Position numbers and translations under genes: made by a program. Positions 10,932-19,521 of a DNA stretch of 64,000 bases are shown one piece after another. The stretch lies in sequence record SRR22947727_2846; one strand, given 5' to 3'. Within the stretch, counting starts at the first letter, position 1; every line of letters starts with the position of its first letter. The notes beneath the pieces were generated by a model. The model had not been told where the DNA came from. It ran no database searches and saw only the letters and a program-made list of their open reading frames with translations.

Positions 10932-11174
10932 ATGAGTGAGTGGAACTACACCAAGTGCGCAAAGCCTTTCACCAGTGTTGACGAGGCGCGTGAGTACATG
11001 ACGTCTCGCGGCTTCGAGGGTCAAATCCTCGCCCGTGACAACGGGGGCTACACCGCAGTGTGTCCGACCTATCCGGAGGGTTTTTATCCTGATGCGATTC
11101 CGGTGGAAACGGTGACGGGATCAGCACCCCAGACACTGCCTGTAATTCAGCCAGCGGAAGCGTGTTGCGACTAA
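10932..11174 (+). CDS. hypothetical 80-aa protein with four Cys, ending ...EACCD
   Basis: strong AGGAGG RBS just upstream; fills the gap exactly; stop overlaps the convergent gene's stop by 4 nt. Confidence 0.75.
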   Translation: MSEWNYTKCAKPFTSVDEAREYMTSRGFEGQILARDNGGYTAVCPTYPEGFYPDAIPVETVTGSAPQTLPVIQPAEACCD

Positions 11175-12157
11175 AGACCCAGCAGTTTGTCGGTGTCCCC
11201 GTAGACCTCCATGGCGCCCACCTGTGCAACGGTGTCGAGGACTACGTGGCCGCCTGGATTGGTGTGGGTGAGGTGAATGACGGCGTTGAGCGTCTCTTCC
11301 ACCCGTTGATGCATGGCCTCTCTCACAGGGGCATGCAGTGCACCGCCTCCGGTCCGCTCGGCATCGATAGTGAGGGTCCCATCTGGACCCGAAAGCTCCC
11401 AATGGACATGGGTATCCGTGATGTCCAGACGCCGCTCGGTGGTTCGGTTGTAAGTGGTGAAACGATGGAGCCGCCCCGAGTGGTAGAGGCCGGCAATGAA
11501 ACCCCTAAAGGCCCCACCCCTCCACGGGATGATAGCCACTGAGCCGATGAACGACGCCTCTGGTGCCCCGTCAAGATGATTGGAGTGCAGCCAGACGTAC
11601 CCTTCGGGGAACGCTTTCCCCCAGTCCTTCTCGATGTACCCACGACCCCCACTGAAATCTGTCGGGGTGCCCTCCACGGACAGGGAGCCACCCAGGCCGT
11701 GCCCGAACGACACAATTCCGTGGAAGCATTCCATGAACGGAACAAGGCCGTACCACCCCATAATTCCTGGTTCCCGCAACGTCACCGGCCACGGGTTGAG
11801 GGGTGTGGTGAACTCTATGTCGCCGCTCAGCTGGGGCAGATTGAGTGTCACCCCGTGCGAGGAGAAATGGTTGTCCCCGACGGAGACGGAAAACTCAGTG
11901 CTGCTCGCCGCAAATTCGTCGACAGCGAACCGGTGGTACCAGGATCGTCCGCTCGCGCCATCCAACACTTGCACGAAGGCTTCGCGAGTGTGGCCGTCGA
12001 GGCCGAGGAAAACTCCGGGAATGACAGCCCAGCGTTGAGCGAGATTCTCCGAGACTAATTTGATGTACCAACCCTCGAAAAACTTAGTCCTCACCCCAGC
12101 TCCGTGGAACGCTTCGGGATTCTTCACTCCCCGGAAATAGTCCACTGGGCTTCGCAT
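11171..12157 (-). CDS. tocopherol cyclase family protein
   Basis: FFEGWYIK, PGIMGWYGLVPFMECFHG and GYIEKDWGKAFPEGYVWLHSN motifs. Confidence 0.85.
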   Translation of the reverse strand: MRSPVDYFRGVKNPEAFHGAGVRTKFFEGWYIKLVSENLAQRWAVIPGVFLGLDGHTREAFVQVLDGASGRSWYHRFAVDEFAASSTEFSVSVGDNHFSSHGVTLNLPQLSGDIEFTTPLNPWPVTLREPGIMGWYGLVPFMECFHGIVSFGHGLGGSLSVEGTPTDFSGGRGYIEKDWGKAFPEGYVWLHSNHLDGAPEASFIGSVAIIPWRGGAFRGFIAGLYHSGRLHRFTTYNRTTERRLDITDTHVHWELSGPDGTLTIDAERTGGGALHAPVREAMHQRVEETLNAVIHLTHTNPGGHVVLDTVAQVGAMEVYGDTDKLLGL

Positions 12158-12228
12158 GCCCCGAGGTTATCGCACAGGCGACGCTCCTCCTCCGGTCCCA
12201 CCCAGCATGGGGGCGTACTCTGGAGGCA

Positions 12229-13728
12229 ATGACCGACACAGCAGACCCGATTGATCGCATCCTCGCCCAGGAGAGCGAACCTGGGGCAAACGTCCGAGTA
12301 TTTGGTGGCGCCATCGGGGCGGCTCGATCTCCCTTGCGCGATGTCACCACGGGCGACATGGATTTGGAGGAGCGCCAAGCTCTTCGGCGCGTGAGCGGGC
12401 TCTCGACAGAGCTCGAGGACGTTACCGAGGTTGAGTATCGGGAGCTCCGCCTCGAAAAAGTTGTGCTCATCGGGGTCTACTCAGAGGGCACCGCTGTGGA
12501 GGCAGAGAATTCACTGAAAGAGCTTGCGGCACTGTGCGAAACGGCCGGGGCTGAGGTACTTGATGGCGTCATCCAGCGCCTTCCGCATCCTGACCCCTCG
12601 ACCTACTTCGGTAAGGGTAAAGCGCGAGAGCTCGCGGATGTGGTCAAAGAGGTTGGTGCAGACACTGTCGTCGCTGACACGGAGCTTGCCCCCTCACAGC
12701 GCCGGGCTCTTGAGGATGTCGTCAAGGTCAAGGTCATCGATCGAACCGCGGTGATTCTGGATATTTTTTCTCAGCACGCGAAGACCCGCGAGGGTAAAGC
12801 GCAGGTGGAGCTCGCACAGCTCCAATACCTCCTTCCTCGACTTCGCGGGTGGGGTGAATCGATGAGTCGGCAAGCCGGTGGTCAGGTTGGAGGTGCCGGA
12901 GCCGGTATGGGGAGCCGTGGGCCTGGTGAAACTAAGATTGAGTTGGATCGACGGCGCATCAACACTCGAATGGCCAAACTTCGCGCCCAAATCAAGTCGT
13001 TTGGGCCATCTCGAGAGACAAAGCGGGCCAACCGGCGACGCACCGGTATTCCGAGCGTGGCGATCGCGGGATACACCAACGCGGGTAAATCGTCGCTGCT
13101 CAATCGCATCACGGGCGCTGGTGTACTCGTTGAGGATGCCCTGTTTGCCACGCTGGATGCCACTGTGCGCAAGGCAAAAACACCGAGCGGGCGCGCCTTC
13201 ACCCTCACCGACACTGTCGGTTTCGTGCGCCAGCTTCCCCACGAGTTGGTGGAAGCTTTTCGGTCCACCTTGGAAGAGGTCTCGGCAGCTGATCTGATTA
13301 TTCATGTGGTGGATGCCACTCACCCGGATCCGGGTGCTCAGCTTCACACTGTCCGAGATGTGATGGCTGATGTTGGCGCCAGAGACATCCCTGAAATCGT
13401 GGTGTTCAACAAGGTCGACATGGTGAGCTCCGGGACCTCGATGATGTTGCGGGGTATGGAACCGGGAGCACTTTTCGTCTCTGCCGCAACGGGTGAGGGG
13501 GTGAGTGTGCTCCTGGACGAGATCGACCGCAGGCTTCCCGGCCCGACCATCCCGATTAAGGCACTGATTCCTTTTGAGCGCGGAGATCTTGTCGCACTGC
13601 TTCACAACGAGGCCATCGTTCACTCCAGCAGCTACGAGGAAGGCGGGACCCTGGTCGACGCCCTCGTGGAGCAACGCCACCTGGACAAGATCTCTCCTTT
13701 TGTGGTGGCGTCAGCCTCCGAGCTCTAG
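12229..13728 (+). CDS. hflX: ribosome-splitting GTPase HflX
   Basis: ILDIFSQHAKTREGKAQVELAQL, GYTNAGKSSL, LFATLD, DTVGF and NKVD motifs. Confidence 0.97.
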   Translation: MTDTADPIDRILAQESEPGANVRVFGGAIGAARSPLRDVTTGDMDLEERQALRRVSGLSTELEDVTEVEYRELRLEKVVLIGVYSEGTAVEAENSLKELAALCETAGAEVLDGVIQRLPHPDPSTYFGKGKARELADVVKEVGADTVVADTELAPSQRRALEDVVKVKVIDRTAVILDIFSQHAKTREGKAQVELAQLQYLLPRLRGWGESMSRQAGGQVGGAGAGMGSRGPGETKIELDRRRINTRMAKLRAQIKSFGPSRETKRANRRRTGIPSVAIAGYTNAGKSSLLNRITGAGVLVEDALFATLDATVRKAKTPSGRAFTLTDTVGFVRQLPHELVEAFRSTLEEVSAADLIIHVVDATHPDPGAQLHTVRDVMADVGARDIPEIVVFNKVDMVSSGTSMMLRGMEPGALFVSAATGEGVSVLLDEIDRRLPGPTIPIKALIPFERGDLVALLHNEAIVHSSSYEEGGTLVDALVEQRHLDKISPFVVASASEL

Positions 13729-14477
13729 TCCAGTAGCGCGTTACCTGCCAAGTACGCGGCACCCACAATGCCGGCGTTATTCAAGAGTGCTGCCGGCTTT
13801 ACGGGGGTTGCAATCTCGAGGAATGGGAAAAACTCGTCATGCTGTTTGGAAATCCCACCGCCAAGGATGAACAGATCAGGGCTAAAGATCCGCTCCACGT
13901 GGCTTAAATACCGGGTCAGGCGAAGTCCCCACGCCTCAAAATCGAGTCCTTCGCGCTCCCGCGCAGCATTAGACGCTCGACGCTCGGCGCCGCTGCCATC
14001 GATCTCCAGGTGCCCGATTTCTGTGTTGGGAACCAGGGTGCCATCAATCAAAAAGGCGCTCCCGATTCCTGTTCCCAGTGTCAACATGATGACAAGTCCA
14101 GATACTCCTTGGGCCGCACCAAACTGTGCCTCAGCGACTCCTGCAGCATCAGCATCGTTAACAAAGTGAATATCGCGCTCCAGTGATTGGGCAAAAGTCG
14201 CGGCCGCCGGAAAATCTATCCAGTCAGCGGAGACGTTTGCTGCTGACCGAGTGATTCCATGCGTAACAATCGCGGGGAAGCAGATTCCGGTGTGGTCAGC
14301 GGCCTTTCCCCCCAGGTCAGACAACAGTGTCTCGACAACGTCGAGAACATCACCGGGGTGTCCTCCCTCAGGGGTTGGGTATTTGATGCGCTCCGACACC
14401 AACTCTCCGGTGGTGAGGTCTACCCGGGCGCCCTTAATCCCGGTGCCACCGATGTCGATTCCCAGTGCAGTCGTCAT
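13725..14477 (-). CDS. ppgK: polyphosphate glucokinase (ROK family)
   Basis: [40 protein letters not shown] and NNAGIVGAA motifs. Confidence 0.93.
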   Translation of the reverse strand: MTTALGIDIGGTGIKGARVDLTTGELVSERIKYPTPEGGHPGDVLDVVETLLSDLGGKAADHTGICFPAIVTHGITRSAANVSADWIDFPAAATFAQSLERDIHFVNDADAAGVAEAQFGAAQGVSGLVIMLTLGTGIGSAFLIDGTLVPNTEIGHLEIDGSGAERRASNAAREREGLDFEAWGLRLTRYLSHVERIFSPDLFILGGGISKQHDEFFPFLEIATPVKPAALLNNAGIVGAAYLAGNALLD

Positions 14478-15340
14478 GGCAGGGTCAGGATTTCCGCACC
14501 GGTCTCGGTCACGACCAGAGTGTGCTCAAACTGTGCAGAAAGAGACTTGTCTTTCGTCGTGACGGTCCAGCCGTCCTCCCACATATCCCAGTGGATTGTT
14601 CCCAGGGTCAACATCGGTTCAATGGTGAAGACCATCCCTGGAACCATGAGCTGGTCAAAAAGTGGTGCTGCGTCATAGTGGGGGATGATCAGGCCCGAGT
14701 GGAACGAGGATCCCACCCCGTGTCCGGTGAAGTCCCGAACCACTCCATATCCAAAACGATTCGCGTATGCCTCGATGGCTTTTCCGATGACGTTGATGTG
14801 GCGTCCCGGAGCGACAGCCTTGATTCCTCGACGAAGCGCCTCTTCCGTTCGTTCCACTAAGAGAGCCGCTTCCTCGGAAGCCTCTCCTGCCACAAATGTC
14901 TTGTTGAGATCCCCGTGCATGCCGTCTTTATAGGCGGTGATGTCGATATTGACCAGGTCGCCCTCCTGGATCACGGTGTTATCGGGGATGCCGTGGCAAA
15001 TTACTTCGTTGAGTGAGGTGCAACACGATTTGGGGTAGCCCCGATAGCCGAGAGTGGAGGGGTACGCGCCATGGGACACGACAAAGTCGTGCGCGATCGC
15101 GTCAAGCTGATCGGTGGTGACACCCGGTGCGACTGCCGCGCCAGCCGCCTCGATGGCTCCAGCTGCAATTTTCCCCGCAGCCCGGATGAGTTCGATTTCT
15201 TCCACCGTGTAGACGTCATCGCCCTCGTGTTCCCGGGGCGATTGTCGTCCCACGTACTCAGGTGCCACGATAGAGGAGGGCACGAGCCTCTGAGGCCCCA
15301 GAATCCCTGGAGTCAGATATCCAGTAGCGTCTCGAGGCAC
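14474..15340 (-). CDS. map: methionine aminopeptidase type I
   Basis: [29 protein letters not shown] and AQFEHT motifs. Confidence 0.97.
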   Translation of the reverse strand: MPRDATGYLTPGILGPQRLVPSSIVAPEYVGRQSPREHEGDDVYTVEEIELIRAAGKIAAGAIEAAGAAVAPGVTTDQLDAIAHDFVVSHGAYPSTLGYRGYPKSCCTSLNEVICHGIPDNTVIQEGDLVNIDITAYKDGMHGDLNKTFVAGEASEEAALLVERTEEALRRGIKAVAPGRHINVIGKAIEAYANRFGYGVVRDFTGHGVGSSFHSGLIIPHYDAAPLFDQLMVPGMVFTIEPMLTLGTIHWDMWEDGWTVTTKDKSLSAQFEHTLVVTETGAEILTLP

Positions 15341-15367
15341 ATGCCTAGTCTAAACAGGGGGAGCGAG

Positions 15368-15544
15368 ATGGCCGACCAGGATCAATGGTGGTACAACCAC
15401 AAAACGCGTGAGGTTGAGCAAGGACGCCAGTCGCTGGGTCTCCACCGGGATGGACCGTTTGCTACTCGCGAAGAGGCACTCCGCGCACCAGAAATTGCCC
15501 GAGAGCGATCACAGGCCTGGGAAGACGACGAACAAAAGTCCTAG
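15368..15544 (+). CDS. small conserved actinobacterial protein (58 aa), divergent from map
   Basis: [13 protein letters not shown]...[12 protein letters not shown] pattern, which I recall from this locus in Actinobacteria; GGGGAG RBS. Confidence 0.75.
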   Translation: MADQDQWWYNHKTREVEQGRQSLGLHRDGPFATREEALRAPEIARERSQAWEDDEQKS

Positions 15545-16356
15545 TCTTCGCGGAAACTGTGCTCTGGACCAGGGAAGGCCCCTGAGTTGATCTCACCGAT
15601 CCACGCGGACACGGCCGAGTGGAGATCTTTTTCCAGTGACGCGTACTGCTTCACAAACTTGGGCACTCGCGATGTTGAGAGCCCGGCGAGGTCCGTCCAG
15701 ACCAGAATCTGGCCATCAGTGTGAGCGCCCGCGCCGATCCCGATGGTGGGGATACGCAGCGCCTCGGAGACTTCTTTGGCCACCTCTTCGGGGACCATTT
15801 CAATCACCACGGCGAATGCTCCAGCCTTTTCCACAGCGAGCGCATCCTTCATCAGTTGCTCGCGGCCTGAGCCTTTTCCTTGAACAACATGTCCCCCCAG
15901 GCCGTGCTCAGACTGTGGTGTGAATCCGATGTGACCCATCACGGGCACACCGGCTCCGACGATGCGCTCGATGCTCGAGGAGGAGCGCTCACCGCCCTCG
16001 AGTTTCACCGCGTGGACGCCGGCCTCTTTCATGAACCGCACCGCGGTGTGAAGGGCGTCATCGGGGTTGGCTTCATAGGAGCCAAAGGGGAGATCGGCCA
16101 CTACGAGAGCCCGCTTCGCGGCGCGAACGACTCCCTTGCACAGAGGGATGAGTTCATCGGTGGTGACGGGCACTGTGGTGTCATAGCCAAACACCACATT
16201 GGCTGCTGAGTCACCCACAAGCAGGAAATCAACACCCGCGGCATCAAAGATTCCGGCTGTCAGAAAGTCGTAACTGGTGAGCCCGGTAATCCGGATGCCC
16301 TCAGCTTTTGCTGCAGCAAAGTGCCGAACTCGAACCTTTTTGGGTGCGTCAGTCAT
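15541..16356 (-). CDS. panB: 3-methyl-2-oxobutanoate hydroxymethyltransferase
   Basis: [29 protein letters not shown] and TIGIGAG motifs; true start taken as ATG 16356. Confidence 0.96.
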   Translation of the reverse strand: MTDAPKKVRVRHFAAAKAEGIRITGLTSYDFLTAGIFDAAGVDFLLVGDSAANVVFGYDTTVPVTTDELIPLCKGVVRAAKRALVVADLPFGSYEANPDDALHTAVRFMKEAGVHAVKLEGGERSSSSIERIVGAGVPVMGHIGFTPQSEHGLGGHVVQGKGSGREQLMKDALAVEKAGAFAVVIEMVPEEVAKEVSEALRIPTIGIGAGAHTDGQILVWTDLAGLSTSRVPKFVKQYASLEKDLHSAVSAWIGEINSGAFPGPEHSFRED

Positions 16357-16366
16357 GCGTGTGAGC

Positions 16367-18115
16367 CTATCGCGAGGACGGAAAAGGGGTAGGTCTGCTC
16401 GTAATGGGTAGGCGGCGGTCTCTGCCAAACGCAACGCTCGAAATTCTGGGTCCAATTGCTCCCTGGCGTCGCTTCCACTCAGCCCTGGATACCAGGCCCA
16501 CGATTTCCTCGACGAGTGCTTGATCGAATCCTCGGTTCGTGATCTGAGGGACGTCAAGACCCTCCACAATCAAGAGTTCAAGAATGGCGTCGAGGACCGC
16601 GTAGTCAGGCAGGCTGTCCTGGTCAGTTTGGTCGGGCCTCAACTCGGCACTCGGAGGCTTCTCGATGGAACTCAGGGGGATAGGTGGCTGTCCTCCCGCC
16701 GCGAGTGCCTGCTTGTTGCGCCACCGGGCCAACTCCCACACCAGTGTCTTCGGGACATCCTTGATGGGCGCATACCCGCCCACAGAATCGCCATAAATCG
16801 TGGAATACCCGACGGCCAGTTCAGATTTGTTGCCGGTGGTGAGAACGAGGTGACCCTCTTTGTTCGACAACGCCATCAGGATGATCGCGCGGGCTCGGGC
16901 TTGAACATTCTCCGCGGCAAGCCCGCTCAACCCCAATTGAGTATCGAGGACGCTCACGACGTCGCCAATCGGCTCTACTCGATAGTTGATTCCCTGAGCC
17001 TCGGCCAGCGCTTCCGCGTCCCCGAGGGAATGCTCGCTGGAGTGGACGCTCGGCAAACTCACTCCGAACACTCGAGCTGCACCCAGGGCATCGACGGCAA
17101 TCGTTGCGCAGACGGCTGAGTCAATTCCGCCGGAGAGCCCCAGCATGACGGAGGGGAAACCGTTCTTGGTCACGTAATCCCGGGTGCCCGTGACGAGTGC
17201 TTGCCACAGAATTGCGTTGTCATCTTCCTCGGGGGCGCTCCGAGGGGGAAGTGGCTGATCACCAGGCCCGCGGATATCTACCTCACACAGCACAGTCTGT
17301 GAGGGCAACGCGACATCAAGTTCAGAGCGTGGAAGCTCGAGATCTTGGACGATGAGGTCCTCCTCGAACCGGGCACCCCAGGAAAGACGCTTTCCCGCGG
17401 GATTAACCACCATGCTGTCGCCATCAAAAACAAGGTCGTCCTGCCCGCCCACGAGATTGACGTAGGCGATGTGAGTTTTCATGTCCTTGGCGCGGGTGAC
17501 CACGAGAGGCTCACGTACTTCGTCCTTATCGCGCTCGAAAGGTGAAGCGTTCGGGACAAGAAGTGCACCCAGGGGATAGCCGGTGAGGCTTTCGACGGGC
17601 CCATCAGAGCGCCACAGGTCCTCGCAAATGACGATCCCGAGGTCAACTCCACCGGTCCGCACTATGAGGCCTTGATCGCCGGGGAGAAAGGTTCGAAACT
17701 CATCAAATACCGCGTAGTTGGGGAGGTGATGTTTGGCGTAGGTCGCATGAATTTTACCGTGAGCAAGAACTGAGGTGCAGTTCTTCGCCCGAGCAGGGTG
17801 GTGCAGGATTGTCGCCGAATCTTCCGCAGAGTAGGGACCATCGGGGTGCCCCACAATGACGGCCATGTCGCCCATTCCTTGGGTGTCCAGGGCTAGGGCG
17901 AAGGCGTCGAGCGCGTGGCGAGAGATCTCGAGAAAGTTATCGCGTAACGCCAGGTCCTCAATGGGATATCCCGTCAGGGCTAATTCACCTGTGAGGAAAA
18001 CCTGAGCGCCCTGGTCGTAGGCCTGCTGGGCAAGCTCTAAGAGACGCTCGGCATTGTGTGCCCGGTCACCCACAATCGGGTTTGTTTGGGCCATGGCCAA
18101 GCGAAGTCGGGGCAT
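16367..18115 (-). CDS. nadE: glutamine-dependent NAD+ synthetase
   Basis: N-terminal nitrilase domain (E, K, ICED); C-terminal [22 protein letters not shown] and PPSAEL motifs. Confidence 0.96.
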   Translation of the reverse strand: MPRLRLAMAQTNPIVGDRAHNAERLLELAQQAYDQGAQVFLTGELALTGYPIEDLALRDNFLEISRHALDAFALALDTQGMGDMAVIVGHPDGPYSAEDSATILHHPARAKNCTSVLAHGKIHATYAKHHLPNYAVFDEFRTFLPGDQGLIVRTGGVDLGIVICEDLWRSDGPVESLTGYPLGALLVPNASPFERDKDEVREPLVVTRAKDMKTHIAYVNLVGGQDDLVFDGDSMVVNPAGKRLSWGARFEEDLIVQDLELPRSELDVALPSQTVLCEVDIRGPGDQPLPPRSAPEEDDNAILWQALVTGTRDYVTKNGFPSVMLGLSGGIDSAVCATIAVDALGAARVFGVSLPSVHSSEHSLGDAEALAEAQGINYRVEPIGDVVSVLDTQLGLSGLAAENVQARARAIILMALSNKEGHLVLTTGNKSELAVGYSTIYGDSVGGYAPIKDVPKTLVWELARWRNKQALAAGGQPPIPLSSIEKPPSAELRPDQTDQDSLPDYAVLDAILELLIVEGLDVPQITNRGFDQALVEEIVGLVSRAEWKRRQGAIGPRISSVAFGRDRRLPITSRPTPFPSSR

Positions 18116-18169
18116 ACCAAGTAGCCTAATGGCAGGGTTTTAGCCCCTCCACATGGGTGCAAAGGATAT

Positions 18170-19510
18170 GTGATGGATAAGCAACGAGATTTTGTTTTGC
18201 GCACGATTGAAGAGCGCGGAGTGAAATTCATCCGCTTGTGGTTCACCGACGTCGTCGGCACCCTCAAAATGGTGGCGGTCGCGCCCGCCGAGATCGAAGG
18301 CGCCTTTGCTGAGGGCTTGGGAATCGATGGATCCTCCATCGAAGGCTTTACCCGAGCTTTTGAGGCTGACGTGCTCGCGCATCCTGACCCCACGACCTTC
18401 CAGATTCTGCCCTGGCGCGGTGAGATTGACCCCACTGCCCGCATGTTCTGTGACATCACGACTCCTGATGGTCAGCCCGCCGTCACAGATCCTCGTTTTG
18501 TTCTGAAGCGTCAGTTGGAAAAAGCCGCGGATTTGGGCTTCACCTTCTATACCCACCCCGAGATCGAGTTTTATCTCCTGAAGTCCAGTTCCTACGGCGA
18601 GAACGGTCCCGAGCCGGTGGATTCGGCAGGATATTTCGACAATGTTCCCGGTGGTAGTGCTCACGATTTCCGGCGTCGTGCCATTCGTATGCTCGAGGAC
18701 TTGGGAATATCGGTGGAATTCAGTCACCACGAGGCGGGTCCCGGTCAAAACGAGATCGACCTTCGCTATGCGGATGCGCTGACGACGGCGGACAACATCA
18801 TGACGTTCCGCACCGTTATCAAAGAGGTTGCCATCGAGCAGGGGGTCTATGCCACCTTTATGCCCAAGCCCATGGCGCACCATCCGGGTTCGGGTATGCA
18901 CACCCACATGTCACTCTTCGAGGGTGACACCAATGCGTTCTTCGACGCCGGTGGTAAGTACCAGCTCTCTGCAGTCGGACGCTCTTTTGTCGCGGGAGTG
19001 CTCAAGCACGCTCCAGAGTTCACGGCGATTACCAACCAGTTCGTGAACTCCTACAAGCGGCTCTGGGGTGGCCATGAAGCCCCTAGCTATGTCACCTGGG
19101 GCCACAACAACCGCAGCGCACTCGTGCGAGTCCCGCTCTACAAGCCGGGCAAGGGCCAGAGCGCTCGTATCGAGTACCGCGCCATGGACTCTGCCGCTAA
19201 CCCTTACCTCGCCTTTGCCGTTCTTTTGGCCGCGGGCTTGAAGGGTATTTCGGAGAACTATGAGCTTCCCGCCGAGGCCGAAGACACCGTATGGGAGCTC
19301 AGCGAAGGTGAGCGCCGGGCACTTGGATATGAACCGCTTCCCGCGAGCCTGGATAGGGCGCTGTCGTTGATGGAAGACAGTGAACTTGTCGCAGAAACAT
19401 TGGGCGAGCAGGTGTTCAACTATGTGTTGCTGAACAAGAAGCGCGATTGGAACACCTACCGCGCTCAGGTCACCCCCTACGAACTCGCCAGCAATCTCGA
19501 GATTCTCTAA
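18170..19510 (+). CDS. glnA2: glutamine synthetase type I paralog (GlnA2-like)
   Basis: DGSSIEGF, HHEAGPGQNE, ATFMPKP, GSGMHTH, NNRSALVRVP and ANPYLA motifs; adjacent to glnE. Confidence 0.9.
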   Translation: MMDKQRDFVLRTIEERGVKFIRLWFTDVVGTLKMVAVAPAEIEGAFAEGLGIDGSSIEGFTRAFEADVLAHPDPTTFQILPWRGEIDPTARMFCDITTPDGQPAVTDPRFVLKRQLEKAADLGFTFYTHPEIEFYLLKSSSYGENGPEPVDSAGYFDNVPGGSAHDFRRRAIRMLEDLGISVEFSHHEAGPGQNEIDLRYADALTTADNIMTFRTVIKEVAIEQGVYATFMPKPMAHHPGSGMHTHMSLFEGDTNAFFDAGGKYQLSAVGRSFVAGVLKHAPEFTAITNQFVNSYKRLWGGHEAPSYVTWGHNNRSALVRVPLYKPGKGQSARIEYRAMDSAANPYLAFAVLLAAGLKGISENYELPAEAEDTVWELSEGERRALGYEPLPASLDRALSLMEDSELVAETLGEQVFNYVLLNKKRDWNTYRAQVTPYELASNLEIL

Positions 19511-19521
19511 CTTTCCAGAGG

